From the NCBI GenBank assembly GCA_977017645.1, contig OZ360241.1:52525196-52578000 (forward strand): a stretch of 52,805 nt of DNA, given 5' to 3'. Numbering within the stretch: the first letter of the stretch is position 1; each line of letters begins with the position of its first letter. Below are positions 23,453 through 35,500 of the stretch, piece after piece. Source of the DNA: Torpedo marmorata (taxonomy: Eukaryota). The notes beneath the pieces are model-generated. The model was not told where the DNA came from, did not search any database, and was given only the letters and a program-made list of their open reading frames with translations. The position numbers and the translations under genes were made by a program.

Positions 23453-24274
23453 ATTTTTAAAAATATTTTATTTAAATTTTTAAATCACAAGATACATAAG
23501 ATAAAATATAAAATTATCAAAATACATGTGATACATTTTCACCCCCCCTCCCTCCCTCCCCTCCCCAACCCCACTAATCTAATTAAAAAAAAGTAAAAAT
23601 AGAAAAAAAAGAAAGAAAAAGATAGAGTAAGGGGAATGCCATCTATAAACTAATTCTATTATGGAGGTCAAATATGCCAGTAGATCCGATATCCAGCGAT
23701 CATCAAATCCTTAAACCCACAGCTTTCATATATGGGCTCCAAATTTTTAAGAAAAAATGGTATTTATTATGTAAATTATAAGTAATTTTTTCAAGTGGTA
23801 TACACGAACGAAGTTCTGCATGCCATCTTTCTAATCCTAAATCTAAATCAGATTTCCAAGTAATAGCAAAGCATTTTCTTGAAACAGCTAAAGCAATTCG
23901 CAAAAATTCTACTTGATACATATTTGATTTCTTCTTAATACTAAATTTTTTAATATCTCCAAACAAAAATATCATAGGATCCATTGGAAATGTAATCTTA
24001 AATACTTTATCTAAAAAATTTTTAACTTTCAACCAAAAATCATAAACTTTTGGACAAAACCATGTACAATGTACAAAAGAACCTTCCTCTTTATTACATC
24101 TAAAACATAAACCTGATAATGTCGGATTAAATTTCTTTAATTTTTTAGGTGTTAAATATAATTGATGAAAAAAATTATATTGAACTAGTCTATATCTAAC
24201 GTTGATAATCTTCGTCATACTTAGTTTACATAATTCTTTCCAATGATTTTCGTCTATATTTACATTCAAATCTA
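23453..24274 (-). mobile_element. L1/Tx1-type LINE, 5'-truncated
   Basis: ORF 23703-24269 with a C-terminal zinc knuckle (CFRC..GSFVHCTWFCPKV..FW), G-rich 3' UTR and A-rich tail; 15-bp TSD agtaggttacattct (23438-23452, 24275-24289). Confidence 0.92.
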
Positions 24275-25022
24275 AGTAGGTTACATTCTTGAGCCTGAAG
24301 ATTGTGGGATAAAGTCACCCGTAAGTTCTAGGGTAATGTTTAAATGAGGGATTTATGTGCTGTCATTGCTTCTTTATCCCACTAAGTCAACAACAGCAGA
24401 TACCCATGTCATATTTAACAGCATAATCATTAAGCAATTGATACTCCATGTGAAATGTAGTCATGTAGTCATGGCCACCAGGAATTATAATTACTACATA
24501 ATAAACAGGTACTACTTTTATTTTTTTTAAGGAGTATTGTGCAGCCATTGTGGTTGGAAAGCTTCTTTTACTTCTTGTTGCCGTTCATCAATGCCGTGGA
24601 CCATTCACTTTATATAGAGATTGGTTTTAGTTACTCCGTGAATGATGATAAAAGAATTGGAATGACCCCGGGGTTGTAACATGGATGCTCCTGCTTAGCC
24701 CCTGGAAGTAGAGCTGAAAAACCGTGGCAGTGTGCAGACTGGTCTCAGGTACCAACATGAGATGAGAATGGCTCCGAACTATGCCCGTTGCATTGTTTGA
24801 AATAGGCAATTCGATCACTGTAGTGCAGCTGAATAAGATGGCTGAACCTTAAAAACAGGGTGATAACGTCAGTACTTCACACAAAGTGTAGTGGTAAGCG
24901 GGAACTTATTCTTGCCTTCATGGAAACATTTCAAAACGAAGGTAGATTTTTGCTTGTAAGTGGTCATAGAATCAGGGTAGATGTAGTAATTACCATACAG
25001 ATCAGCTTTGATCTGATTAGAT

Positions 25023-25179
25023 CAGTGGTTCTCAACCTTCTTTTTTCCACTCACATACCACCTTAAGTAATCCCTTACTAACCACAGAGCATCTATAGCA
25101 TTCTATGCTATAAGTGCTCTGTGGTTAGTAAGGGATTACTTAAGGTGGTATGTGAGTGGAAAAAAGATTGAAACCACTG
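25023..25179. mobile_element. Palindromic hAT/Charlie-type MITE
   Basis: CAGTGGTTctcaa...ttgaAACCACTG; near-perfect ~70-bp hairpin; 8-bp TSD gattagat (25015-25022, 25180-25187). Confidence 0.9.
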
Positions 25180-25737
25180 GATTAGATGGTAGAATAGGCC
25201 AGAAGGGGCCAATTGTTCTCTTGTTCCCATCTCATTCTGTGAGGACACAGGATGATGGTTATGGGAAAGTATCACTCTATCCACATTATTTCTATCGTAG
25301 GGGTACATCATTGGGGCACACTTGTGTGAAGTTAACATTGCACTTTTGCGTAACTGGGTCATGGTTGATATTAGCACTGGGGCCAAAAGTTGCATCAAAT
25401 GCATTATTGAAGCATCTAGGCACAGAACCCCATATAAATGAACTCCTGACTCTAAAAATTGTAGGTGGATGCTCCTCCACAGGCACCAGTTTTCTACTGC
25501 CGTTGAAGCAGATGACACCTTTGTAGCATAACTGCCAGGAACAACAGCCAGAGCTTTTCAAAGTGGTTTGTTGCATATGAAGGACTTTGTGATGTGATTA
25601 AAGCACCATATAAATGCAAAGCCTTTTCTTTAATTTGTTCCATTAAGCTGCTACATTTCGCACATTAAAATCAGAGGGAAGAATTAAAAAGGATGCATTG
25701 CTAAAAGTGATTACTTTTTATTTCCTCTCTTTTCTAG

Positions 25738-25853
25738 ATGATTCTATATACGAGTCACCTGAACCGTATCACAACAACGACGGGATCACAACCTTTAGGA
25801 TCTCTTGGCTCATCCTGGCAATGACCCTCATCCTGTTATTCCTTACATCATAG
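25738..25853 (+). CDS. efna2: Ephrin-A2-like, last coding exon with GPI-anchor signal
   Basis: Strong acceptor tttcctctcttttctag; phase matches the 11184-11249 exon. Translates (N)DSIYESPEPYHNNDGITTFRISWLILAMTLILLFLTS*; YESPEP matches the EFNA2-type YEAPEP motif, followed by small residues and a hydrophobic tail. Confidence 0.92.
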
Positions 25854-27329
25854 CACCCAGAGAAAAAGAAGACAAAAAAAAAATTATTTCTATCCGAGGG
25901 ACCACAATCAAAATGGAGACGGCAAGGGATTGACATGGGTCACACAGAAGAGACTCCATTTTCTGAGACACTTTGCAGTTGAGACAAATAATTTGAGGAA
26001 CAGACATGCTTCATTACTGCTTTGTGAGACTGGGAATTCTCATTTTCTTGTGAAGCACTGCCTTGGGCCCATTGGGGTTTGATATAAAATACGTAAATAT
26101 TGCAGGAAATATCTCCATGGAGGTCTCCAGACGCAACCTTTCTGAAGTGGAATCCATATTGGTGCGATCGTTCGTTCCACTGGTAGGTCAAGACTGATGA
26201 TGGAAGAAGCATCTGGGAGTGTTCAGTCCTTCAAAGTTCCTTTAAACTTAACTTCCTGACACCCTGTTCCACAAAGGCAGCCACAAGTCTATTTGCTCAT
26301 TCTCTTGCTTGTTTATTGTTAAATTTACTTTTTGTCTTGAAATTTCAAGAGGGGTTTGTCAGTCTAAGTGATAATTTGGGGGGAATAGTTCACATTAACT
26401 ATCAGAGAGGACAGGGTCAGGTCGTTGAGATGAATGCCACCAAATAGTGATCTGGAAAATATCTGCCTTGCATGGGAAAGATTGGACCACTCCCTCTGAG
26501 TCTCCAAGCCAATGTTGAAGGGGTTGCCTCTGGTAGAAGTGACATTAGGCGAGATCAAACATTGAAAATAACATTTCTCTGTCTCCTACCCAGTCAGGTC
26601 AGTTTTCATTTGGCGGATGAGAGGATTTTTTTCACAAAGCACATTGACCTGCTCATAAGGTTTCTAACTCTCGTTGGAAATATTCCTCAAAGAACCTCCT
26701 TCTGCCCATCCAACATCTGTTGACTGTCCTCAGGCCCCACACCTATTCAGGAAAGCAGCTTCTTACTCCATCTCCAATATTGTTGCAATTGAAAGACATC
26801 AATTATTTTTAACACCACTAGGATTATTTTCTCTCAGTAATGCTTATTATAGCATTGATGATCTCAGCCTTTTATTCCAGTAAACAGTGGGACAGGTCAG
26901 TGACCTCATCTCACAGAGAATCTTTTCAAAGCTAATTGAGCCAGAAAATTAATACAATGCCTCTAGGGCCTTGCAGAGTGATGGACTCCAAGGTTTACTT
27001 CAGTGAAAGTCATCTCTGAAACTTAAAACAAAACCATAGTCCAGATGTAAGATATTTATATGTGCATTTTAAAATTTGTACTCCATGTAACCTAACAATG
27101 CCTTTAGGCATAGATGGAAATCTCAGAAGATAGGATTTGAGACCTTTCAGGGTGAAAGATTGGTGGGTTTCTTTTGGTATTGTACAAGCTAAAGTCATTG
27201 AATATGGAAAACCTTCCCTAACAGCTCTGTTTTCCCATCCCCTTGGTATTTTAAAATACCATTAAAAGATTCAGTGAGCTAGCTCTGCAACTCCGATGCA
27301 ACAGACACAGATACATAGCAAATATGTTA

Positions 27330-27770
27330 TGGGACTGGTATCCATAGCTTTGGACTTTTGAACTGAAGACAGGAATTCAAATCCCAGGTGAGAAATTTAA
27401 ATACAAGTAATTAAGGAAATCTAAAATTAAAAATGTTGTACAAGTAATGATTTTAAGGAGCAAAATACCGTAGATGCTGGGAATCTGAAATTAGAATCTG
27501 GAAATACTCTGCAGGTCAGTCAGCATTTGTAAAGAGAGAAACAACATTAATTTTTGAAACTGTGAACTTTCATCAGTTCCGATGTATGGTAATTATTTGA
27601 TTCTTGTTTAAAAACTCATGGTTCACTCATGGAAGGTAATCTAGCAACCTTAACCATCTGTGTCTCCAGGGCCACCAACATAGGTAACTCCTCTTGAACT
27701 TCAGTGGCAATTACATATACACAATAAATGGCAACAATGTCCACATCCTGTGAATGATTTTTTTTAAATT
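27330..27770 (+). mobile_element. Old elasmobranch-type SINE interrupted by a pLTR-like fragment (~27460-27580)
   Basis: B-box-like aattcaaatccc and ggttcactc..ggaaggtaatct..aataaatg..cacatcctgtgaatga blocks. The inserted piece carries ctgatgaaag on the minus strand. Confidence 0.5.
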
Positions 27771-30313
27771 GCATGTGTGGCTTACACTCACATATCAATG
27801 TCCAATCTGTCAATGCTGGGAGTGATTCTTACGCTCAAAAGGTTTTAGAGGGTACAGGCAATTCATTCATAGATATCTCAATCTTGCTTCCCAATGTGGA
27901 TTTTCCTGTGGTGTGAAGGAATTCCAGTATTTACTGTTGTACATAAAATGAAGCATCTCTAATATTGGAAGAGGATACTGTCTGTGCAGAGAGGGCTGTA
28001 GGGCATGATGACAGAACATACGTTCTTTTTAATTTTGTTTGTATTAGGAAGTTGTTACTTTGAGCTTTTGATGTGTGACTGCTGGCCAAGGTTTAGTTTC
28101 TGGGGACACTCTGAGAGCTTTATTGTCTCCTATCTTTGGTATCTTTCTTCTCCCTTCTTGTTGATCAGTAAGAATCATTAGATTGTTTAGGTGTCAATTT
28201 CAAGTCAGTTTCAGCAGTGAGGAAACTTGTGTGGCCTCCCATCCTCAGGCCAAAGAGTGGAATTATCAAAACGTGCAAATAATAGATCATAGTGTAAGAA
28301 ATTTGGGAGAAAATCATTAGCAGAAGTTACCTCAGTGAAGATAGGACTGTCCTTTCTGGAACACACTAATAAGTAAGTGAACGATGAAAGGTGGTAATGT
28401 CCAAAACATGATTAATTCTAGATATTTTCACTGAATAAAGACTGTATTTTAATATTCCAATTGAGAGCTGGAAAAGTTGTCCTTAAATGTGTTCTCTTTT
28501 CGTCTCTGGTCAATGGATAAAGGTCTAAAGCTACTTTCAAACCCAACATTTGTTCCATCTTTTCACCAAGGTTGCTTGTTGACTGAAAGATTCAGGGTTA
28601 CTCTGCTTGGGGAAATAATTGATCCGCTCCACATTGGAGTTTCTGTTCAAACCATCAACGAGTGGAACAGAGGCCATCCACCTTAGTTAAACTTCATCTC
28701 TTGACACAATGCAGACGAGAGACGCATAAAATATGGTGGGTTTCAGCTGGGAGGTGGTATCAAAGGCACCAGCAAACCTTCTGCAGGCTCAGGCAGGAAG
28801 TGAGCATGATATTGGATGCAAATGTGGTGAGGATTACTTACAGACCATTGTCCTGTAGTCCAACTAAATCCTTTTTAATAACTGGCAGCAGACTCCTTGT
28901 TTAGGGAGTATACACACCGAATAATTATTCCGTTCCTACTGTTGATGCTGTGGTTCTCTGATGACTTGAGAGCAGAAACCTTGCTTATTTTCCTCAGTGG
29001 GATCTGACTAAGCCCACCCAGTGAAGATGAGAAGGTTCAAGTCCAGCTAAGTGTTTGCCCCAATACACTGATAAGCGCAGGTACAGGAGATCTGGATGAT
29101 GTCATTTGGGTGGTGTGACAAAAGAATCCCCATGCGATCATCCAGATCCTTCATTCAATATCTTGGGAACTTTTCATATCTGACTCCATCTTTTCCTCAG
29201 GTTATAAAAGCTTTGCTACCCTTCTTCAATAAACTAGGTCCTTCAGTTGAAGGTGGATCTGCTATCATATTTTAAAGGGTAGTTCAAAATCCACCTCACC
29301 TTGGCTCTTCTGCCACTGGCAGGGAATAGGGGTGTGGTTGGGTAATTGGGATATTAGAAGGAGTTTGGGTGTTAGTGACTGTACTGCTGAGAAATGCCCC
29401 GCGGAAGTCCTTAGTTCATCTAACATTCTTTTCAGAGATTATTTGGATCGTGGGCCAGAATTTAAAATTCTGTTTGTCAAATCTCTGATGTTTCTATATT
29501 CTCCCCATCTGAAATACTCTGTATAAAATGGTAAATGTTACATGGACTTTTATCATCTTGATCATGTTTGGAGACCCAGATAAGACCAAACCTCAAGACT
29601 TTGGAGTAGATGGGAGTACTCAATTCTAATGCCGTAAACAAGACCATTTATGGTTGGAACAAACACAATATTGATTTGTTTCTTCAGAACTTTAAACCAT
29701 TTTAAGAGAAAGATGAGCCTTGTGTTTGGGAAGTCATTGACCAAGAAACTATTTGACCAATACTTCTTGAATTTTAGATTTTCAATAAAGGGCCAAAAGA
29801 CAGTGAAGACCTAATATTTCCTAAGCTAATTAGTAACAGAGAAGGGACAATACTAATAGGCCATGTGGAAAAGTCATCTGGAAATGGATACTGTGTATCC
29901 CAGTGTACTGACAACTTCTGCAAATGCATAGTTGTCGAAGCAAGCTTCTCCTTTGTAAAGTACATAGTTGAAAAATGTAAATAATTTAACAGCGCTACAG
30001 TCTTTTTGTCTGAAATCAGACAAGACGGATAGATCTGTGAATCATATGTTGCCTGTTGCCCTGCTTTCCAGCCTTCTTTGATTCTCTTGTGCATTGGTGC
30101 TATGGTTTCAAGCCCAAATATCAAGGCTCTCCTATGAACACCCACCGGAGTTAACCAGTCAAAAAGTCAGATTTGGATCCGTGCACATTTGGATCCGTAA
30201 ACAAGGACGCTTTCAATCTCTAAATTTCTCTTTGATCAAGTACTGCTTATGTTGTACCGTATCATCATTCTACCAGCCCTCCATCCCACCTGCAGATGAA
30301 ACATTGCAGTGAC

Positions 30314-30480
30314 CACCTGCATCATTACAGATTCCTGTTATATAGGTGTGGGGTGGGCCAACTGAGAGAGCTTTCAATTGATCTCACCAAACCAATTATG
30401 GACTGAAGTTCATGACTTAAATATTTAGAAAACTGAAGTAATAGTCTTGCTTCAACCAACTAGGTTTTCAATTTTCCAGT
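30314..30480 (+). repeat. ~165-bp dispersed direct repeat, copy 1
   Basis: Highly similar to 34564-34732 (atcattacagattcctgttatataggtg...gtcttgcttcaaccaactag). Confidence 0.9.
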
Positions 30481-31079
30481 CAATTAAGAAATACTATGCA
30501 CCCTATTGCATATCTATCATTCTGCTAGAGAGCAAAATATGTCTTGGAAAATCACTGTTTTCAAATCCATTTTTAAGCAGCAAAGACAGTCAGCCCTCAA
30601 ATGGCAAACTTTGTAGGTTACAAGCATATTACATTATTGGGTGTTTATGTATATTCTGTAAATAACTATGATAACATTGTTACTAGGAGTTAACATTGAG
30701 TCTCTGTAAACATGGATCACTCTTGAGGTTTATAGGAATCATTTTACTGAATCTCCGTTATCTTCCTGAAGTTCATTCACTTTGGTTGCTAAATTTTTAT
30801 TTGGGGAGGGGAGAGTACTGTACAGTAACACAGTGCAGCAGGTTACCATTGTTTCTGGACCTCTCAGAATCTTTTCTGATATAAAATATTGAGCCGGTGA
30901 TGAAAAAGAGCTACAAAAATTGAAAAATATATTTCTAAATGCTTCCTTTAGCTAGCTTGCACAAATGTAGGCGAAGCTAGACATCTGTTATGAAGGGATG
31001 TGCTTGCAAATAATGTAACTGCGTCTCCCTTTCAGTGTCAGTTAGGTCAAACACTGTCCAGTGGAGTAGAATTTAATGA

Positions 31080-31310
31080 AATCACAAGATAAAGGAACAG
31101 AAGTAGGCCATTCGGCCCTTCGAGTCTGTTCCGCAACTCCACCCTGAGCTAAACTGTTCTCACATCTAATTCCAATTTCCGGCCTTTTGCCCATATCCCT
31201 TTATACCCTGACCAATCAGATACCTATCAATCTCCTCCTTAAAATCCCCCAAAGATCGGGCCTCCACAGCTGTATGTGGCAACGAATTCCACAAATCCAC
31301 GACCCTCTGT
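31080..31310 (-). mobile_element. CR1 LINE 3' end
   Basis: Minus strand cagagggtcgtggatttgtggaattcgttgcca...gaagggccgaatggcctacttctgttcct. Confidence 0.8.
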
Positions 31311-31745
31311 GAGCCAAGAATCTTTCATAAAAATCTAATTTAATTTTATTCATCACTGTGTGCTCTAAATGTGATGCTAATCCAACTATGTGCAGTTGAC
31401 TCAAGGGGGAACATGTATATGAACACTACCAATTTACACAGGAGGCTTCCGGAGTGCAGCTGTGGTTTCCGACTCATCCACTGCAGGACTGTAAACTAAT
31501 AAATTTAAATTGACGGATCAATGTTATTAAAACATTGGGAAGTCTGCCAGAAATATCCCATTGTCAATCTGCAGCTGCTTTAAGGCCATGCATTTTATGT
31601 GAATATGCAATTGGAAGATCATAAATAGCTTGAGATTGCACGATGGATATCTTTTTGTGAATGGGTTAGGTAATGCTTGCCTTAGACTGTTGCTGAATGC
31701 TTTAGGGAGCAGTTTTTTTTTTCCTTTTAAAGGGAGAGTACTTAG

Positions 31746-31875
31746 AGTATAAAAAATGGGCCCATTAAGTCAATGCCAGTTACATGAGTCTCATCCCACC
31801 CTTCGGAATCAGTATAAAAAATGGGCCCATTAAGTCAATGCCAGTTACATGAGTCTAATCCCACCCTTCGGAATC
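31746..31875. repeat. 65-bp tandem duplication (2 copies)
   Basis: 31746-31810 and 31811-31875 differ at one position. Confidence 0.95.
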
Positions 31876-31884
31876 AGAATTTAT

Positions 31885-32452
31885 AAATTAAATTTAAATT
31901 TAGACACAGCATGGTAACAGGCCCACGACCAATGCCACCCAATTACACCCAATTGACCTACACCCCCCAGTACTTTTTTTAAATTTTTTAAATATTTTAT
32001 TTAAAATTTTTAAATCACACAATACACAGTTTAAAATGCAAATTTCTCAAATTACATGTGATACATTTTCACCCCCCCCCTCCCTCCCTCCCCTCCCTAA
32101 CCCTCCCGAAAAGAAAGAAAGAAGAAGAAAAGGATAGAGTAAGGAGAATGTCAATCTAAAAAGAACAACTATAAACTGATTTTATTGTGGAGGATAGGTT
32201 CGCCAGCCAGATCCGATGTCCAGAGATCTTCAAATCCTTAAACCAACAATTTTTATATATGGGCTCCATACTTCCAAAAATAAATGATACCCCCAGTACT
32301 TTTTGAACGCTGGGAGGAAACCAGAGCACCCGGAGGAAACCCACGCAGACACGGGGAGAACGTGCAAACTCCTTACAGACAGTGCCGTATTCGATCCTGG
32401 GTCATTAGCGTTGTAACAGCATTGCACTAACTGCTATGCTAACCGTGCTGCC
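31885..32452 (-). mobile_element. V-SINE interrupted by an L1/Tx1 3' fragment (31979-32289)
   Basis: SINE halves lie on each side of an insert matching the 3' end of 23453-24274; TSD approximately cccccagtacttttt. Confidence 0.88.
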
Positions 32453-32645
32453 AATATTGTCATGAACGTATCACGAAATTCGTTGTTTTGCGGCAGCATT
32501 ACAGTGCAAATATTGCTATAAATTACATTTTAAAAATAAATAAATTAGTGCAAAAAATAAGAGAAAGTGAGGTAGGGTCTGTGGTTCGTTGTCCATTCAG
32601 AAATCTGATGGCGGAGGGGTAGAAGCTCTCCTTGTGTCATTGAAG
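32453..32645 (-). mobile_element. Rex1/Babar-type 3' end
   Basis: attgtcatgaac..cacgaaattcg..gttttgcggcagca is the reverse complement of the UTR at 10595-10640. Confidence 0.75.
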
Positions 32646-32887
32646 TCCTTTACCGCAGTAGTGTTGGGAATCATTTCCTTCAGTGTGATATGGATGAGAG
32701 AACAATAGTGATATGAATTTGTCCTAACGGACAACATTAAGTTGAGTGTTTATATTTTCTTTATGAAAAAAAATGAAGTTGATGCGTCGAATTACCGTTG
32801 TAAGCATAGATTACTGTTGAACTATCTAAAATTCATCTAATACGATCGGTAGGTCGAGGTGGGGGAAAATATCAATACTCTTCACTA

Positions 32888-33014
32888 GGCTCAAGCCCGA
32901 AACGTCGGTTATGTATTTCTACCTTTGCTACATAAAAGACACTGTTTGACCTGCTGAGTTCTCCAGCTTTTGTGTTTTTTACTACACGGTGTCTACAGAT
33001 TTTCGTGTTTACTT
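32888..33014 (+). mobile_element. 5'-truncated copy of the 151-nt hammerhead-bearing repeat
   Basis: Near-identical to 6627-6759, but starts inside helix II and so lacks TTGATGA. Confidence 0.88.
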
Positions 33015-34563
33015 CTGTTATGCTCACACGTGTTTACATACACAAAATGTGTGTTGTATTTCTCTTAAATGCAGTTCAATTGGCTTCAGCGGAAACAATT
33101 TCACAAGCACATTACGTGTATAAGTATACCTGTATCATGTGTTTGGCATATGCAGCTGAGGATCAAATTCTAGTTAATAGAGTTTAAGCCAATGATATAC
33201 CACCTAGCTTTATTTGGAAACACTGCCGTTTAACGGATACCTAATCAATTGCTGTTTCACTACAATATCCCTGGCTCTTGGGCAGAGACCAGATTGGGAC
33301 TTGATGTTGTTTATTTTCATTGCTGTCTAGCAGAAGGAGGGCAAGAAAATGTTATGACCAGGAAGATTTATCCCATGACTAACAAGTACTAACAGTTGCA
33401 AGAGTTTAGACTTAAAGGATGGATTATAGGCCTATAATATACACACATACACATATATTTAAAGGATGAAATGAAATATACTGTATATCTGATCGATTCT
33501 CCCTCTTGTACTTCACTGGTTCCCCTTAGATACATCTCTGACGGTACTTGTGTGGAATTAACTGGCTGCACCAGCATCGAGTCAAAATTACATGATTGAC
33601 ATGATTACGGAGCTACTTCCTGCCACTCATGAACAATATGATGTAGTGACCTTGACTCTTCAGTAAAATTCTAGTCGCCTTTTCTCAAAGATTGAGCATG
33701 TAACACCAGCTTCAGCCAACTCACTGGTGTTCGTTCAACAGAGAGATAGGGAGAATCATTAAACCACTGAGTCATCGGATCTAGCTTTCAAAAAAACTGT
33801 TGCAAGCTCAGACTCCAGTTTGACTGCTGGGACCTTTCACATTAGTCCCTGTGATTTGGCTATGATCACCCCAGTAATAACCTAGCTCTTTGAATGATGC
33901 CTCTGCAAAGGATTATGATCATTGGAAGATATAGATGGTAAAACTTAACTGTGTAACTGGCAGTTTCAGCACGATGAAGCAAATGTTAGATAAGCGAGCA
34001 AGTAATTGGATCAGTCAATCACACAGAAATTTGAATAATTTGTTTTCAATTGTTGCTCGTTAGTTCAACACTTATTCAACAGCCCATGTCAAAATGTGGC
34101 CTTACGAACTCCAAGTTCCTGGCAGTTTTGATGGTAATTCCACGGATGGAATCTCGTCTATTTTAGACAAGTAATTGAGAGAGTAGTCTTTATGTAAAAT
34201 ACAACCATTGGGCCAATAGTTCAACACCAGGGGACATTCCTCAGTGGCTTTTCTCTCATCATTTAAGTGCTGGAAATTTTTTTGCAACCCTAAATATGAT
34301 ACAGTCAGCGTGCCAGAAATATGCATAATGATACCAGTTTATGATCTTTATACTGTAAATAAATGAATTATTTTAAAACTTTTGTTGAATAGATAAATGC
34401 TATTGTGTTGGTGGTACATCAAATACACTGCCAAGCAAAACATCTCAATCCACCATTACATTACCAAACCAGTCCTTGTAGCCCCATTTTTTATGTTTGT
34501 GACTGCAAATTAGGTTGCGCCCACAATGTTGGGAACCAGCAGTGTGGGAGATAATTGAGTGAG

Positions 34564-34732
34564 CACCTTTATCATTACAGATTCCTGTTATATAGGTGCG
34601 GGGTGGGCTAACTGAGAGAGCCTTCAATTAATCTCACCAAACCAATATTGGACTGAAGTTCATGACTTAAATATTTAGCAAACTGAAGCAATAGTCTTGC
34701 TTCAACCAACTAGCTTTCCAAATTTCCACAGT
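34564..34732 (+). repeat. ~165-bp dispersed direct repeat, copy 2
   Basis: See 30314-30480. Confidence 0.9.
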
Positions 34733-35329
34733 AAATTATTATGGAGATTGCTTCTCCAACGAGTATTGTCGAACACTAATCATCCCCGAATCTATCCTGT
34801 TTTTTGTGTTTGCACTTCTTCCACCACCGGTATCAGTTTTCATTTGTTTTTGGGGAAGGAAATATGAGATCGATCAGGCTAGCTGCCACGTTTCCAGACT
34901 AGAATTACCACATAGTAGCTGTGATGAATAACACCACGTAACTCAATAATCCAAGGCCTTTGCCACACCTGAGAAATAGTTGCCATGGATGATGAAGAGC
35001 AGTGGTCACTTGTTGGATTGGTGTCAACAGGAAGCATGTCGTTTCCTGCAAGTAAGATCATTAAGAACAGTTCCCCCAGTAACGGTGGCAGTTCCTTGAC
35101 TTTAACACGATAACAATCAATCTTTGCCAGAGTTGTGCACGGTTTCTGGAGAGCAGTGGAAGATTCTCTGGGTATGGCTAAAGCCAAACTGACAACTCTA
35201 CTGTCAGCTTTATCGAGACAGTTCATCATACTGTTTCCTACATTATAATAGTTATAACAATTCCAGAGGACTTCAAAGGCTTTATATGCTCTCGCACAGA
35301 GTCACCCGGGTACTATTGATCTTCCAGAG

Positions 35330-35500
35330 ATCCTGAATCTTTGGAATTCTCTGGAGAACTGTGGAGGCTGAATGATTGAGTGTGTTCAAGGCAGAGATAA
35401 TTTTTTGGACTACAGCGAAGTCAAGGGTTATGGAGAACAGGCAGGAAAGTGGAGTTGAGACCACCATCAGATCAGCTATGATTGTATTGAATGGTGGAGA
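35330..35500 (+). mobile_element. CR1 3' fragment
   Basis: tgaatctttggaattctct..gtggaggctg..ttcaaggcagagata..tcaagggttatggagaacaggcaggaaagtgg. Confidence 0.65.

Noticed and set aside
34879-35229. 116-aa minus-strand ORF as an antisense gene
   Set aside because: No recognisable domain or exon structure; the length is compatible with chance in 52 kb.
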